Shown here one piece after another: positions 23,450-33,088 of a DNA stretch of 64,000 nucleotides; the first letter of the stretch is position 1; each line of letters starts with the position of its first letter. Location of the stretch: the IMG/VR virus record IMGVR_UViG_3300045988_129382, positions 32,001 to 96,000 of that record; one strand, written 5' to 3'. Under the pieces are notes generated by a model that did not search any database, was not told where the DNA came from, and saw nothing but the letters and a program-made list of their open reading frames with translations. The stretch comes from a virus. The position numbers were made by a program, and so were the translations under genes.

Positions 23450-26400
23450 ATGGGTGAGTTACAGGATAGAAAACAACTGAATAAGCGTATACAACAGATA
23501 GAAGAAAAAGAAGCTAAACGTGTTGAGAAGAACATAGCTAAACGTGAAAAGCGTTTTGCTAAGATGTTAGATTCTCAGATGACGATGTTAGAGTCATTCT
23601 ATAGTACTTCAAGTAAAACAGCAAAAGGTATGCTTAAAGATAGCATGGATGGTCAACAGGCTATCTTAGAGGATAGTTTGGCAGATATGAAGCGTGAGTT
23701 TAATCTGTATGCTAAGTATATGGATAATACAACACGTAAGTATTATAAAGGTATGATTTCAGTTGCAGATGAAAGTCTGACAACTATGAAAGAGACTGTT
23801 GCTAAGCGTTTTGGTGAGATATCAGATGAATTTGATGAAGAGATGGTTGGTATGACAGCATCTTTCACAGATAGGATTAAGCGTTTCTCTAAAGGCATTA
23901 GGGACGCCGCTGTGGCATTGGAATTAACTGATATGGCTGATAGTGTTAAAAGCAGTTTGACTGATATCACTGACTCATTTATTGATAATTTCCGTGAGAG
24001 AAGTGCTAAGTTAAATGGCAATATCACTAAAGGTGATTATCAAAAGATGATTGGTAGTGTGGTAGATTCATCATATTCTATGGGTAGGAATGAGGCATCT
24101 GAGTTAGTTAATGGTATTATGGATGAGATGGGTATGAAGACTGCTAAACAGTTAGACCCTTATCTTAAAGAGGTTGCAAGTTTACATACTGCAATAGACG
24201 CCAATATTAGTGATTTATCGAGCATTATTAAAATGGATATTAATAATGGTGGTAAGGGTGAGTTACTCAAAGAGATGTCAAATATAGCTACAGGGTTAGG
24301 TTCTGATAAGGATTTAACTGTAGATAGTAATGCTATGTTATCTTCAATGAATGAGCATATTGAGGACTTATATGGTCTTTCTAAGAAGGATTCTGTTAAG
24401 TTTAAGGGCATGACTAAATCTCTTGCAATAATGGAAGGTATTCAACAACAGCAATATAACAAGGGTGTTGAAGAAGCCGGTGGTAAGATTGTAGAGTGGT
24501 CTAAGATGTCTGTACCTGAACTTCTTAAAGATGACGACTTCATGAATTTCATGGCTAGGTCTGGTATGAGTGCCGAGGAGTTCAGAGGTGCTATTGATAG
24601 TGGTCAGTCAGATATTGTTATGAAACAAATGCAAGATTTATTCATAGCTAATAAGGATGACCAATATGCTTTAAATCAGTTAAGGGAGTCTATGGGGTTC
24701 AGTTCTGATGCTGTGGCACAGATGTTCGCTGATGCTGATTCTTTGACAGGTGATTTGAAAAAAGTTACAGATAACATCAATAAGAACTCTAATTTAAATG
24801 GTTCTAATGCTGAAAACATGGCTGGGTATGCTAGTGGGCCGATAGAGAAGATAGGGAATTGGCTTTCTGATTCATTTCCTGTTAGAATGGTATCAGATTT
24901 CTTTGGTGAGTTAGATATTAAAGCCGCCAATATGGCTAATTACGCCATCATAGCCTATACAATTTCTGATAGGTGGAGTGATGTAAAAGACATGTTGAAG
25001 ATGGTTTCAACTCCATTCAAGAGTTTTGGTAAGTTCTTGTCTGGTGGTGGATTTAAAACATTATTCAGTTCTAAGGGTGCATTAAGTCAAGGTATTGAGA
25101 ATGGATTAAGGACTTTATTTACAGGTAAGGGTTCTTTCATATCTACTATTATTGATAAGTTCAAGAGTGTATTCTCATGGGTTGGTAAGGTCTTTTATGC
25201 TAATGCTCCTGATAAGATGATAAAGGCATTTTCTAAGGTAGGTTCTAAGTTAGGTGGAGTATTCTCTAGTTTCTTTGGAAAGATATTTGATAAGATTGGT
25301 AGCACAGGGATTGGAAAGTTAGCATCTAAGTTATTCAGTGGTGGTATATTTAAGGTTCTTGGTAAAGTTATACCTATTGTTGGTGGTTTCTTTGATGTAA
25401 TATTAGATTTCTTTAGTGGGATTGGTAAAGCAGATGAGTGGTTTGGTAAAGACCATAATTTACTACAAACTGTTATGAGTGGTCTAATTGGTGCTATATT
25501 CGGTACTGGTAGTGGTATAAAGTGTGAAAACTTTATGGACGATTTATTTACTGTAATGGGTGGTGCATTAAAAGGTGGTGCCGCTGGTTTTGTAGTTGGT
25601 GGGCCGTTAGGTGCTTTAGTTGGTGCTATTTTAGGTGCTATAGCTAATGCTATTGGTGGTGATAGGATAGCTAGTGCATTTAACTCTTTAACAGAATATA
25701 TTTCTGCTATACCTGATAAGATTATTGGTGTATTCACATCAGCATTTGACGCCGTACATGATTTGATTGCAGATTCATGGATAGGTAGTTTGTTAGGTAT
25801 GACTAAAAATAATCCTGATGCAAGTACAGGTGATAACACTAACACATTGATGAAGACTATGGCTTTAGCAACTCCTTTTGGAATGGTTTCTAGTCTTATA
25901 GGTTCTTTTGGTTCTCATGCTGATGGTTTATCGGAAGTTCCATATGATAATTATCCTGCTTTCTTGCACAAAGGTGAAGCAGTTTTAACTTCTCAACAAG
26001 CTGGTGCTGTTAGGTCTGATGGTGGTATACCTATCACAGGTGGTAATAGTTTAATTGATGCTTTGGGCATTGATGGTGAAGTTGGTCAAGGTAGGTCTGT
26101 TCTAGAGAGAGTGTTTAGAGGTGTATTTGGTATTACAGGTCAAGATACTTATGGTGAGGGTGGCTTATTTGGTAATATATTTAAGCATCTACTCAACTTG
26201 GGTAGTGGTGGTATCTTAGGTAACTTGATGGGTGATAGTGGTTCTATCTTCGATAAATTGAAAGAATTCTTAAAAGGTGGGGGTTCTTCATCTAGTGGTG
26301 GTTCTTCTGGTGGTGGAAAGCCAGCTAACATGTCTACAGGTAATGGTGATGGCAAAAAGATTTGGGATTTCTTAGCTAATGCTGGTTATTCTGCTGAGGG

Positions 26401-27124
26401 TATTGCTGGTATTCTAGGTAACTTGCATGAAGAGAGTGGCTTTAGAAGTGGTGCTATTGAAAATGATGGTGGTACTACTAATGAGGACTTAGTAAAACAG
26501 ATTACAGCTAGTAAGGATGCTTTTCTTGCCGATTCACGTGGTTTTGGTTTAGCACAGTGGACTGATAGTGGTCGTAAGAGTGCTTTGTGGGATTATGCAC
26601 AGTCTAAGGGTACTAGTGTTGCTGACTTCCAAACTCAGTTAGAATTCTTGTTAAAAGAGTTACAAGAAAGTTATTCTGATACATCAAATGCATTAAAGGG
26701 AAATATTACTGTTGACCAAGCATCTGAAATATTTGGTACAAACTATGAGGGTTTTGGTGCTAATTCTGCCGCTAGTCGATTAGAAAAATCTAAAAAATTC
26801 TATGAAGAAAACACTAAAGGGACACCTCAGTATGCACAAGGTACACCGTGGGTGCCAGATACACAAGTAGCGTTAATTCATGAGGGTGAGATGGTAGTAC
26901 CAGCTGATAAGAATCCTTTAAGTTCAGATAGCACTTCTAATGCTGTTGGATTACCTACAGATAATGGTGGTTCTGATGATATTGTTGATGCTATTAAATG
27001 GCAAGTATCTAGGTTAGAAAGCAAGTTAGATGCATTAATTAATGTTGTAGCTAGTAGTAATTCTAATTATAGGGGAAATGGTTTTGGTTCTGATTCTTCC
27101 GTTAATAATTTGTTGAAAGTATAG
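23450..27124 (+). CDS. Tail tape measure protein with an embedded tail-lysozyme domain
   Basis: 1224 aa in the canonical position. It has coiled-coil N-terminal and Gly-rich hydrophobic central regions. Near the C-terminus, IAGILGNLHEESGF...GFGLAQWT marks the lysozyme domain. Confidence 0.9.
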   Translation: MGELQDRKQLNKRIQQIEEKEAKRVEKNIAKREKRFAKMLDSQMTMLESFYSTSSKTAKGMLKDSMDGQQAILEDSLADMKREFNLYAKYMDNTTRKYYKGMISVADESLTTMKETVAKRFGEISDEFDEEMVGMTASFTDRIKRFSKGIRDAAVALELTDMADSVKSSLTDITDSFIDNFRERSAKLNGNITKGDYQKMIGSVVDSSYSMGRNEASELVNGIMDEMGMKTAKQLDPYLKEVASLHTAIDANISDLSSIIKMDINNGGKGELLKEMSNIATGLGSDKDLTVDSNAMLSSMNEHIEDLYGLSKKDSVKFKGMTKSLAIMEGIQQQQYNKGVEEAGGKIVEWSKMSVPELLKDDDFMNFMARSGMSAEEFRGAIDSGQSDIVMKQMQDLFIANKDDQYALNQLRESMGFSSDAVAQMFADADSLTGDLKKVTDNINKNSNLNGSNAENMAGYASGPIEKIGNWLSDSFPVRMVSDFFGELDIKAANMANYAIIAYTISDRWSDVKDMLKMVSTPFKSFGKFLSGGGFKTLFSSKGALSQGIENGLRTLFTGKGSFISTIIDKFKSVFSWVGKVFYANAPDKMIKAFSKVGSKLGGVFSSFFGKIFDKIGSTGIGKLASKLFSGGIFKVLGKVIPIVGGFFDVILDFFSGIGKADEWFGKDHNLLQTVMSGLIGAIFGTGSGIKCENFMDDLFTVMGGALKGGAAGFVVGGPLGALVGAILGAIANAIGGDRIASAFNSLTEYISAIPDKIIGVFTSAFDAVHDLIADSWIGSLLGMTKNNPDASTGDNTNTLMKTMALATPFGMVSSLIGSFGSHADGLSEVPYDNYPAFLHKGEAVLTSQQAGAVRSDGGIPITGGNSLIDALGIDGEVGQGRSVLERVFRGVFGITGQDTYGEGGLFGNIFKHLLNLGSGGILGNLMGDSGSIFDKLKEFLKGGGSSSSGGSSGGGKPANMSTGNGDGKKIWDFLANAGYSAEGIAGILGNLHEESGFRSGAIENDGGTTNEDLVKQITASKDAFLADSRGFGLAQWTDSGRKSALWDYAQSKGTSVADFQTQLEFLLKELQESYSDTSNALKGNITVDQASEIFGTNYEGFGANSAASRLEKSKKFYEENTKGTPQYAQGTPWVPDTQVALIHEGEMVVPADKNPLSSDSTSNAVGLPTDNGGSDDIVDAIKWQVSRLESKLDALINVVASSNSNYRGNGFGSDSSVNNLLKV
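26350..26815 (+). other. Phage tail lysozyme-like domain inside the tape measure protein
   Basis: GIAGILGNLHEESGF...SRGFGLAQWTDSGRKSALWDYA...QLEFLLKEL matches the Phage_lysozyme2-type signature (GNxxxESGF...GxGLxQWT). Confidence 0.75.
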
Positions 27125-27140
27125 GTGGTGATTGTAGTAT

Positions 27141-27737
27141 ATGGCTAATGATTTCAGTTCTGATAATTATTCAATGTCAGTAGGTAAGAGTGGTGTAACA
27201 ACTATGCAATGGAATCCTACTACAATTATTCCATGCTATATTGTTAATTTAGTTACAGGCACTAAGATTAATTTTGCTACACTACCTACAGATGTATCTG
27301 AGGATTATGGTGCTAGTTTTGGTCAACAACAGCCGATGGGTAGGTCATCTCCTTATTTTAACTATGAGGGTAGTGAAGCAAGAACTGTTTCTTATAGCGT
27401 TACACTTCATAAGGATATTGTACCTGATATGGAGAATGTTGTATTAGAGTGTAAAAAACTAGTATATCCTAAGTATACAGGTAGCTTAGTTACACCACCT
27501 TATTGTTACGTTAGGTTTGGTGCTATGATTAATATTACAGCTATTGTAAACTCAGTGAGTATTGAGTGGGGTGGTGCGGCTGGCACTATCTTAGGTGATA
27601 CTCTTGATAGTGAATCTTTAGGTGGGAATAGTTCACCTACATATTCTGATGTTCAAATAAGTTTTAGTTTTACAGAGATTAGGGCAAGGTCATTAATGCA
27701 AGCTGATAATGTGTTTGATGAAGGGCCTGTTAGGTAG
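27141..27737 (+). CDS. Tube-fold baseplate/tube-initiator-like protein
   Basis: It lies directly after the tape measure gene. The C-terminal pattern (PPYCYVRFGAMINITAIVNSVSIEW...VQISFSFTEIR) resembles tube-family beta strands. The call is weak. Confidence 0.45.
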   Translation: MANDFSSDNYSMSVGKSGVTTMQWNPTTIIPCYIVNLVTGTKINFATLPTDVSEDYGASFGQQQPMGRSSPYFNYEGSEARTVSYSVTLHKDIVPDMENVVLECKKLVYPKYTGSLVTPPYCYVRFGAMINITAIVNSVSIEWGGAAGTILGDTLDSESLGGNSSPTYSDVQISFSFTEIRARSLMQADNVFDEGPVR

Positions 27738-27745
27738 GTGTGTTA

Positions 27746-28102
27746 ATGAATAAGCCGTCATTGATTAAAACTGAGATAACACAATCATTTAAAAGTAGAC
27801 AAGATAAAATATCTAGATATTCTAATTTAAAGAGGTTAGTAAATTTAGATGGGAATACATACATTGAGACACCTAATAAGATAGAGATTAGGGAAAGTAA
27901 TAGGGACATATATTATTCAGTAGAAAAGGGTTATGAGAATAGGTTAGATTTGATATCTAATAAATTCTATGGTACACCTTTAATGTATTGGGCGATTGCT
28001 GTTATGAACAGGATTGATAATCCTTTAGATATACCGGCTGGTGTTGTTCTTAGAATACCAGCTATTGAATCAATATATGAAACAGGTGCTATTCAGATAT
28101 GA
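27746..28102 (+). CDS. LysM-like tail protein (P2 gpX / XkdP-like)
   Basis: Start moved to ATG 27746. YENRLDLISNKFYGTPLMYWAIAVMNRIDNPLDIPAGVVLRIP has the LysM layout, and the position matches XkdP/gpX. Confidence 0.65.
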   Translation: MNKPSLIKTEITQSFKSRQDKISRYSNLKRLVNLDGNTYIETPNKIEIRESNRDIYYSVEKGYENRLDLISNKFYGTPLMYWAIAVMNRIDNPLDIPAGVVLRIPAIESIYETGAIQI

Positions 28103-31100
28103 GTGAATTTAAAGAGAGTCAAATAACAAGAGATTTGAGTGGTCATCAACCTCTTTATGCTTTCATTGATTTAACTATAGATGGTCATAATATATCATAC
28201 TTTGGTAATAAAGATTACAATGAGTCTGTAATGAGTTTAAATGTAGAACGTAAAGGTAAGTCTAATCAAGACTTATCTGGTTCTACTTTTGATATTGAGT
28301 TGTATGATGATACAGCTTTACGTATCGAGGAGTTGTTGGCTAACGCTATACCTGTGGGTAAGAATTGGAAAACAGCTAAACAGCTAAAAGATATAGGCAA
28401 CGATGTTACTAAGGGTAATATAGAGTGGAAACAGTCTGAGGAAAAGAAAAAAGACGAAGAGGCTGAAAAGTCAAATACATATACAAAAGATGATGAAAAG
28501 AAAGATAAAGACCATAAAGAGGGTACTAAGAAGAATGTAAAGGCTAAACAAGAGGGTAATGTTAGATGTAGGTATGGTTGGTGTAATAGGAAAGGTCAAG
28601 TAATTGAAGATATTTCTTTAATTGGTAAGGCTTTGAAATACACATTAAACTTTGAGGGGCCAGCATTAACTTTGACATTAAATTGTGTAGCTGAGTCTGA
28701 TGTTACCTCTACACAAAAGTTGAATATGACATTTGATGTTGCTACGTATGGTGGTAAACCATCAGAGATTGTACGTGCGATGTGTCAAAAAGCTGGTATT
28801 GAGATTGGACGTATTGTAGAAACAAAACCTATTTTAGGTGAAGATGGCAAACCTAAAGAGTTTAAGACTGAAACTAAGAATATGAGGGAGTTTATCTCAG
28901 ATGAGTTGTTAGAGAAGTCTGAGCCTTTAGATTCAGATAAGCCTGGGTATAGGTATTTTACACAAGTTGTTGATGGTGTAGAAAAAGCATACTTTGTTCC
29001 TAATGAGATGTATGGTGATATGACTGTTGTTACATACAAGAAAATGGAAGAAAATACAACTTCAACGTCTACAACTATGGCTAATGCACAGGGAAATACA
29101 AGTGGTGATGCATATTTAAAAGTTATGGGTGTATCAACACCTGTACTTGGTGCTAATAATCATGGTGATATTAGTGTTACTGGTAGTGGTAAGGTTATCT
29201 TTGTTGGTGATGCTAGGGTTAAGGATTTAAGTGAATCAGTACCTAATAATAAAGATATAGTCTATGTGTATGATGATAAAGCTAACTATAGGTGGTTAAA
29301 AGACAACATAGATAAGATTAAATCATTGGCTACGTTGGGTAGTAGGGTTTACATGATGTTGGGTCTTAATGATTTAGATAATATTATCAACTATGTAGAG
29401 TACTACAATCAGTTAGCAAAAGAGTTTGAGAGCATTGGTGTTCAATTTTTTGTGGTATCTGTACTACCTGTGTTCATGGCTAAATCTAATATTAAGAATA
29501 GCAAGATTTTTGCATTTAATCGTGCCATAAAGCAGAATAAGTGTAGGGAGTTGCATTATGTTGATATCTATAACTCAATACTATTATCTTTGAAAAGTAA
29601 TAACACTAAGTCTGATGGCATTTCTTATAATAAACGATTAGTGCAAGATGTGTATAGTCGGATTGTATATTATAAAGATATACAAGTTGAGACAGTTTCT
29701 ACTAGAGATGTTGCTAATAAGGGTAGAGTTATTAATGGTGTAGAGTTTACTACGCATAGCGTTCCAGATATGTTAAGTCGCTCTGCTTATCAAGGTAATA
29801 TTTCAGATGATGAAATGCTTGGTAATGATTTTTTAGAAGATACAATCACAAAATACTTAGCTGTTGCTATTGCTGAGGCTGATAATAGCGATATTGCTGA
29901 GTTAATTTCTGAGTTAAAACAGTATGAGTCTTATCTCATTTCTGATAGAGATAACACATTACATCATGATGTTTTGGGGTTAGATTTAAATAAAACAGTT
30001 TCTACTGCATTAGCTTTAAAAGAAAAGCCAGACATTAATAACATTACTAAGGCTTTTCTTAAAGTTATTGGTAAAGATAAGATATCAGATGACGTTACTA
30101 AATATGTGGATTTAGTGAATAATTTCACTGGTAGTGTTAAGGGCGATAAAAGGTCAATAGACACTTATGTTGGTGCTGTTAGTAGTTTATTTGGTAACAA
30201 TAAAGATGTTGCTAAAATATCTTCAACTGTTACAGATGCTATTAAATTAATATCAGAAAATAGAGATAAGGTATTAAATAACAAGAATACTAATAAAGTG
30301 GAGTTGTATGGTGGTATAGCTGATAGTATTGTTGGTAAATTATTACCTAGTCAAAGTGCTAATATAGGTAAAATTAAAGATAAAATAACATCTGTTATGT
30401 CTTTAGATAAAGATAAGATTAAGAGTGGTGACTACACAGAGATAGAATCTTTATTATCTAAAGAGTTGGGTATTGATAATACTAAGTTAGATAAGTATGT
30501 TTCTACTGCTAAGGCTTTAGTTGAAATTTATAAAAATAAAGAGTATTTTGATATCAAAGATACTAAGTTTATGGCTAAAGATTTATTATCCAGTGTTGTT
30601 GGTAAAGAAAAAGTAGAAAAAGTGCAGAAGTATGTAGATACAGCACAGAGTATTTATAGTGCTTTAAATGGTAATAAAGATGTTACTAGCATAAGTGGTG
30701 CTATTCGTAACTTGTCTGATGTATTAGGTAAGAAGTCTAAAATATCTAAATATATTGACAGTGCTAGTTCTATGTTAGATATCGTCAATAAAGGACAGAT
30801 AGGAACTAAGATTTTTGATACTAATAATGGCATAGGTGGTATCATTAAGGAACGATTACCTCAACTAACTAAAGAGGGTTCTTTGGGTGGTATTATTGCA
30901 TCAACTACAGGTATATCTAATACTTCTACTAGTGAGGTTCTTAAAGCTAATTTACCTAAAGATGTTGCTAGTGGTGTTACAGGTTTAAATGGTGCTTTAA
31001 ACAATGCTACAAATGGTGCTAAGGTAGATATTGGTAAAGATGGTATCACTGATGAAGAGATGAAAAAGGGTATACGTTCTATTACCTTTGGTGGGAAAAA

Positions 31101-32088
31101 GCAAAAGATGGAGATTTGTGGTGAATTTGAGATTTATACAGGTAGGAGAGATAGTCAGGTTATTAGTTTCTCTCCTGAGTTTGAGTCTGATAAGATTGCT
31201 ACAGATAAAGTACCTACAAATGCTTTGAGCATTGATTCAGTTAGGAATGAGATGCTAGAATGTACTATTGAGGGTATTGGTGGTAGTTTAGCCAGCGATG
31301 CTTATAAAGATAGGGCAGATAGTTCTACTGGTATTGGTGTTGTCTTAGGTATGAGTGGTTCTTCATTTAAAAATTTAGAATCATCTGCCGCTAGTATGTG
31401 GTCTAGATACTTTAGTTCTGTATATGGTGCTAGTTTAGAAATAATGGGCAACACTAAAGTTAAATTTAATGGTCATATAAAAATTGCTGTATATACTAAA
31501 TTTGGTTTTTTACATCATACAAGTGGTATCTATCATATTCAAGGTATTACAGATACTATTTCAGATGGTATGTTTACTACGAGTTTAGATTTACAGAAAA
31601 ATAGTGACCAAGCTAAGAAGAAATTGAAAGGTGAAGGTGCTAAGAAATTGGACGAAAATAAGATTAGTGATACAGATGGTAAGTATTGGGTTAAACAGGG
31701 TTCTTGGGTTACATTAGATGGGTGTATAGCTGGTGTGCCAAACGCTTTAGAAGATTTAGGTAAGTGGTTCTTTGATAGGACTGGTAAGAAGCTAGTATGT
31801 ACAGCAGGTACTAATGGTGACCACGCAGCTGGTGAGCATAGTCATGCTACTGGGTGGAAAATGGACGTTAACGACTGGGGAGGTCCCGAGGGGTTGACAG
31901 GTGGTTGGATTGTTACTCCTGATGAAAGTTCTTGGGGTTCTTTGTGTGTTGAATTTATTGAGTATGGTAGGTCTTTAGGTTTAGGGATGAACTATGAGAC
32001 AAACCATATCGATATCTGTATGGATGGCAAAGAGTGGAATGAAAACAATCCTGGTGGTGCTAAAGATAATGGTGGTTATAGAGGTTAA
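28099..32088 (+). CDS. Baseplate hub protein (gpD/XkdQ-like N-terminus) with extra domains
   Basis: 1329 aa. The N-terminus resembles late control D-like hub proteins. It is followed by an SGNH-like segment, a degenerate repeat region and a C-terminal LAS/M15-like zinc-peptidase motif. Confidence 0.65.
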   Translation: MSEFKESQITRDLSGHQPLYAFIDLTIDGHNISYFGNKDYNESVMSLNVERKGKSNQDLSGSTFDIELYDDTALRIEELLANAIPVGKNWKTAKQLKDIGNDVTKGNIEWKQSEEKKKDEEAEKSNTYTKDDEKKDKDHKEGTKKNVKAKQEGNVRCRYGWCNRKGQVIEDISLIGKALKYTLNFEGPALTLTLNCVAESDVTSTQKLNMTFDVATYGGKPSEIVRAMCQKAGIEIGRIVETKPILGEDGKPKEFKTETKNMREFISDELLEKSEPLDSDKPGYRYFTQVVDGVEKAYFVPNEMYGDMTVVTYKKMEENTTSTSTTMANAQGNTSGDAYLKVMGVSTPVLGANNHGDISVTGSGKVIFVGDARVKDLSESVPNNKDIVYVYDDKANYRWLKDNIDKIKSLATLGSRVYMMLGLNDLDNIINYVEYYNQLAKEFESIGVQFFVVSVLPVFMAKSNIKNSKIFAFNRAIKQNKCRELHYVDIYNSILLSLKSNNTKSDGISYNKRLVQDVYSRIVYYKDIQVETVSTRDVANKGRVINGVEFTTHSVPDMLSRSAYQGNISDDEMLGNDFLEDTITKYLAVAIAEADNSDIAELISELKQYESYLISDRDNTLHHDVLGLDLNKTVSTALALKEKPDINNITKAFLKVIGKDKISDDVTKYVDLVNNFTGSVKGDKRSIDTYVGAVSSLFGNNKDVAKISSTVTDAIKLISENRDKVLNNKNTNKVELYGGIADSIVGKLLPSQSANIGKIKDKITSVMSLDKDKIKSGDYTEIESLLSKELGIDNTKLDKYVSTAKALVEIYKNKEYFDIKDTKFMAKDLLSSVVGKEKVEKVQKYVDTAQSIYSALNGNKDVTSISGAIRNLSDVLGKKSKISKYIDSASSMLDIVNKGQIGTKIFDTNNGIGGIIKERLPQLTKEGSLGGIIASTTGISNTSTSEVLKANLPKDVASGVTGLNGALNNATNGAKVDIGKDGITDEEMKKGIRSITFGGKKQKMEICGEFEIYTGRRDSQVISFSPEFESDKIATDKVPTNALSIDSVRNEMLECTIEGIGGSLASDAYKDRADSSTGIGVVLGMSGSSFKNLESSAASMWSRYFSSVYGASLEIMGNTKVKFNGHIKIAVYTKFGFLHHTSGIYHIQGITDTISDGMFTTSLDLQKNSDQAKKKLKGEGAKKLDENKISDTDGKYWVKQGSWVTLDGCIAGVPNALEDLGKWFFDRTGKKLVCTAGTNGDHAAGEHSHATGWKMDVNDWGGPEGLTGGWIVTPDESSWGSLCVEFIEYGRSLGLGMNYETNHIDICMDGKEWNENNPGGAKDNGGYRG
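31800..32088 (+). other. LAS/M15-like zinc peptidase domain at the hub C-terminus
   Basis: SHATGWKMD gives H-x6-D, as in the SxHxxGxAxD motif of M15 peptidases. A downstream ETNHID provides the third ligand candidate. Confidence 0.5.
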
Positions 32089-32096
32089 TACTTTGT

Positions 32097-32912
32097 ATGG
32101 CTATAAATAGTAGTGATTTTTATGGTAGTCTACAAGCCCCTACAGAGTTAGGTGGTATATTTCGAGCTAGGGTTGAGAATAATGTAGACCCATTGGGTAT
32201 TGGTAGAGTACAGGTACGTGTACCCATGATACATCGAACTGTTGCTAGTGGTGGTACCGCTACAGAATCACTTCCGTGGGCAAGCTATTGCTCTTCTATT
32301 GGTGGTGGCTATAACTATGGTTCGTTTATTGTACCTGAGATAGGTGAGTATGTATGGGTGATGTTCGAGGATATGGACTCAAATAAACCTGTATATTTGG
32401 GTTCTGTGTTTGGTACTGATTCTACATTAGAGAAGAGATATGGTAGTGAGAAGACTACTGGTATTTGGAATGGTGTAGTTGGTGCTAATGAAGTTCCTCT
32501 TGAATCTCAACGTGAATCTCCTACTCATAAGATGATTTACAAATCGAGACATGGTTCTATGATGTACTTCGATACAGATGAAAAAACAAATTCAGTAGGT
32601 ATCGAAGATGCTAATGACCAAAAATTCAAGATTTCTTCTGCTGAGGGTAAAGTGTTTACTCTCATGGAGGGTGAAAATAGTGTATTAGTTAAGATACATG
32701 ATGGTAAAATTGATATAGGATATGAAGGTGGTAGGGGTATTCAAGTTATACCTGATAGTGGTGATATTGTGTTAAAAGCAAGTGGTGCCACTATTACGTT
32801 ATCTGATTCTATCACTATGAAAGCTGATAGTGTTAATGTTAAGTCTAGTTCATTTAAGGTTAATTCTAACAGTATTCGTATGCAAGCTGGTAGCATTAAG
32901 ATTATAGAATAA
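32097..32912 (+). CDS. Baseplate central spike (gpV / gp5 OB-fold like)
   Basis: DPLGIGRVQVRVPMIH...LPWA...PEIGEYVWVMFEDMDSNKPVYLGS is the gpV/VgrG N-terminal OB-fold signature. The C-terminus has beta-strand repeats. Confidence 0.75.
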   Translation: MAINSSDFYGSLQAPTELGGIFRARVENNVDPLGIGRVQVRVPMIHRTVASGGTATESLPWASYCSSIGGGYNYGSFIVPEIGEYVWVMFEDMDSNKPVYLGSVFGTDSTLEKRYGSEKTTGIWNGVVGANEVPLESQRESPTHKMIYKSRHGSMMYFDTDEKTNSVGIEDANDQKFKISSAEGKVFTLMEGENSVLVKIHDGKIDIGYEGGRGIQVIPDSGDIVLKASGATITLSDSITMKADSVNVKSSSFKVNSNSIRMQAGSIKIIE

Positions 32913-32919
32913 ATACCTA

Positions 32920-32948
32920 TTTACATATATGGGTTTATATGTTATACT
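32920..32948 (+). promoter_or_regulatory. Sigma-A-type promoter TTTACA-17-TATACT
   Basis: TTTACA at 32920-32925, exactly 17 nt of spacer, TATACT at 32943-32948, starting 8 nt after the spike stop codon. Confidence 0.65.
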
Positions 32949-32954
32949 CTTTGT

Positions 32955-33088
32955 ATAGTTAAGTTTTTCTTTTCATTTTTCTTAACTATGGGGAGTTCTC
33001 CGAAAAGAACTCCCCGCTCCTTTCGATATAACATAATACAATCCTTAAAATAGCGTACACGTTTTATATATGTGTACGCTATTTTTTG
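32955..33088 (+). ncRNA. Candidate ~130-nt sRNA between the spike and gp25-like genes
   Basis: The unit runs from a promoter to a terminator with no SD-preceded ORF. Hairpin ATAGTTAAG/CTTAACTAT lies at 32955-32989. A GC-rich 10-bp hairpin GGGGAGTTCT/AGAACTCCCC lies at 32990-33015. GCTCCTTTCG is exposed. Confidence 0.45.
33050..33087 (+). terminator. Intrinsic terminator
   Basis: ATAGCGTACAC pairs with GTGTACGCTAT (11-bp stem, 11-nt loop), followed by TTTTTT. TGTGtTAATTT follows directly. Confidence 0.85.

Noticed and set aside
32988-33053. 21-codon ORF MGSSPKRTPRSFRYNIIQSLK inside the 32.9-33.1 kb unit, and a possible minus-strand gene read from the AAAGGAG-like complement.
   Set aside because: The plus-strand ATG has no SD and is buried in hairpin stems. 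On the minus strand no ATG, GTG or TTG follows the SD-like sequence within a usable distance.
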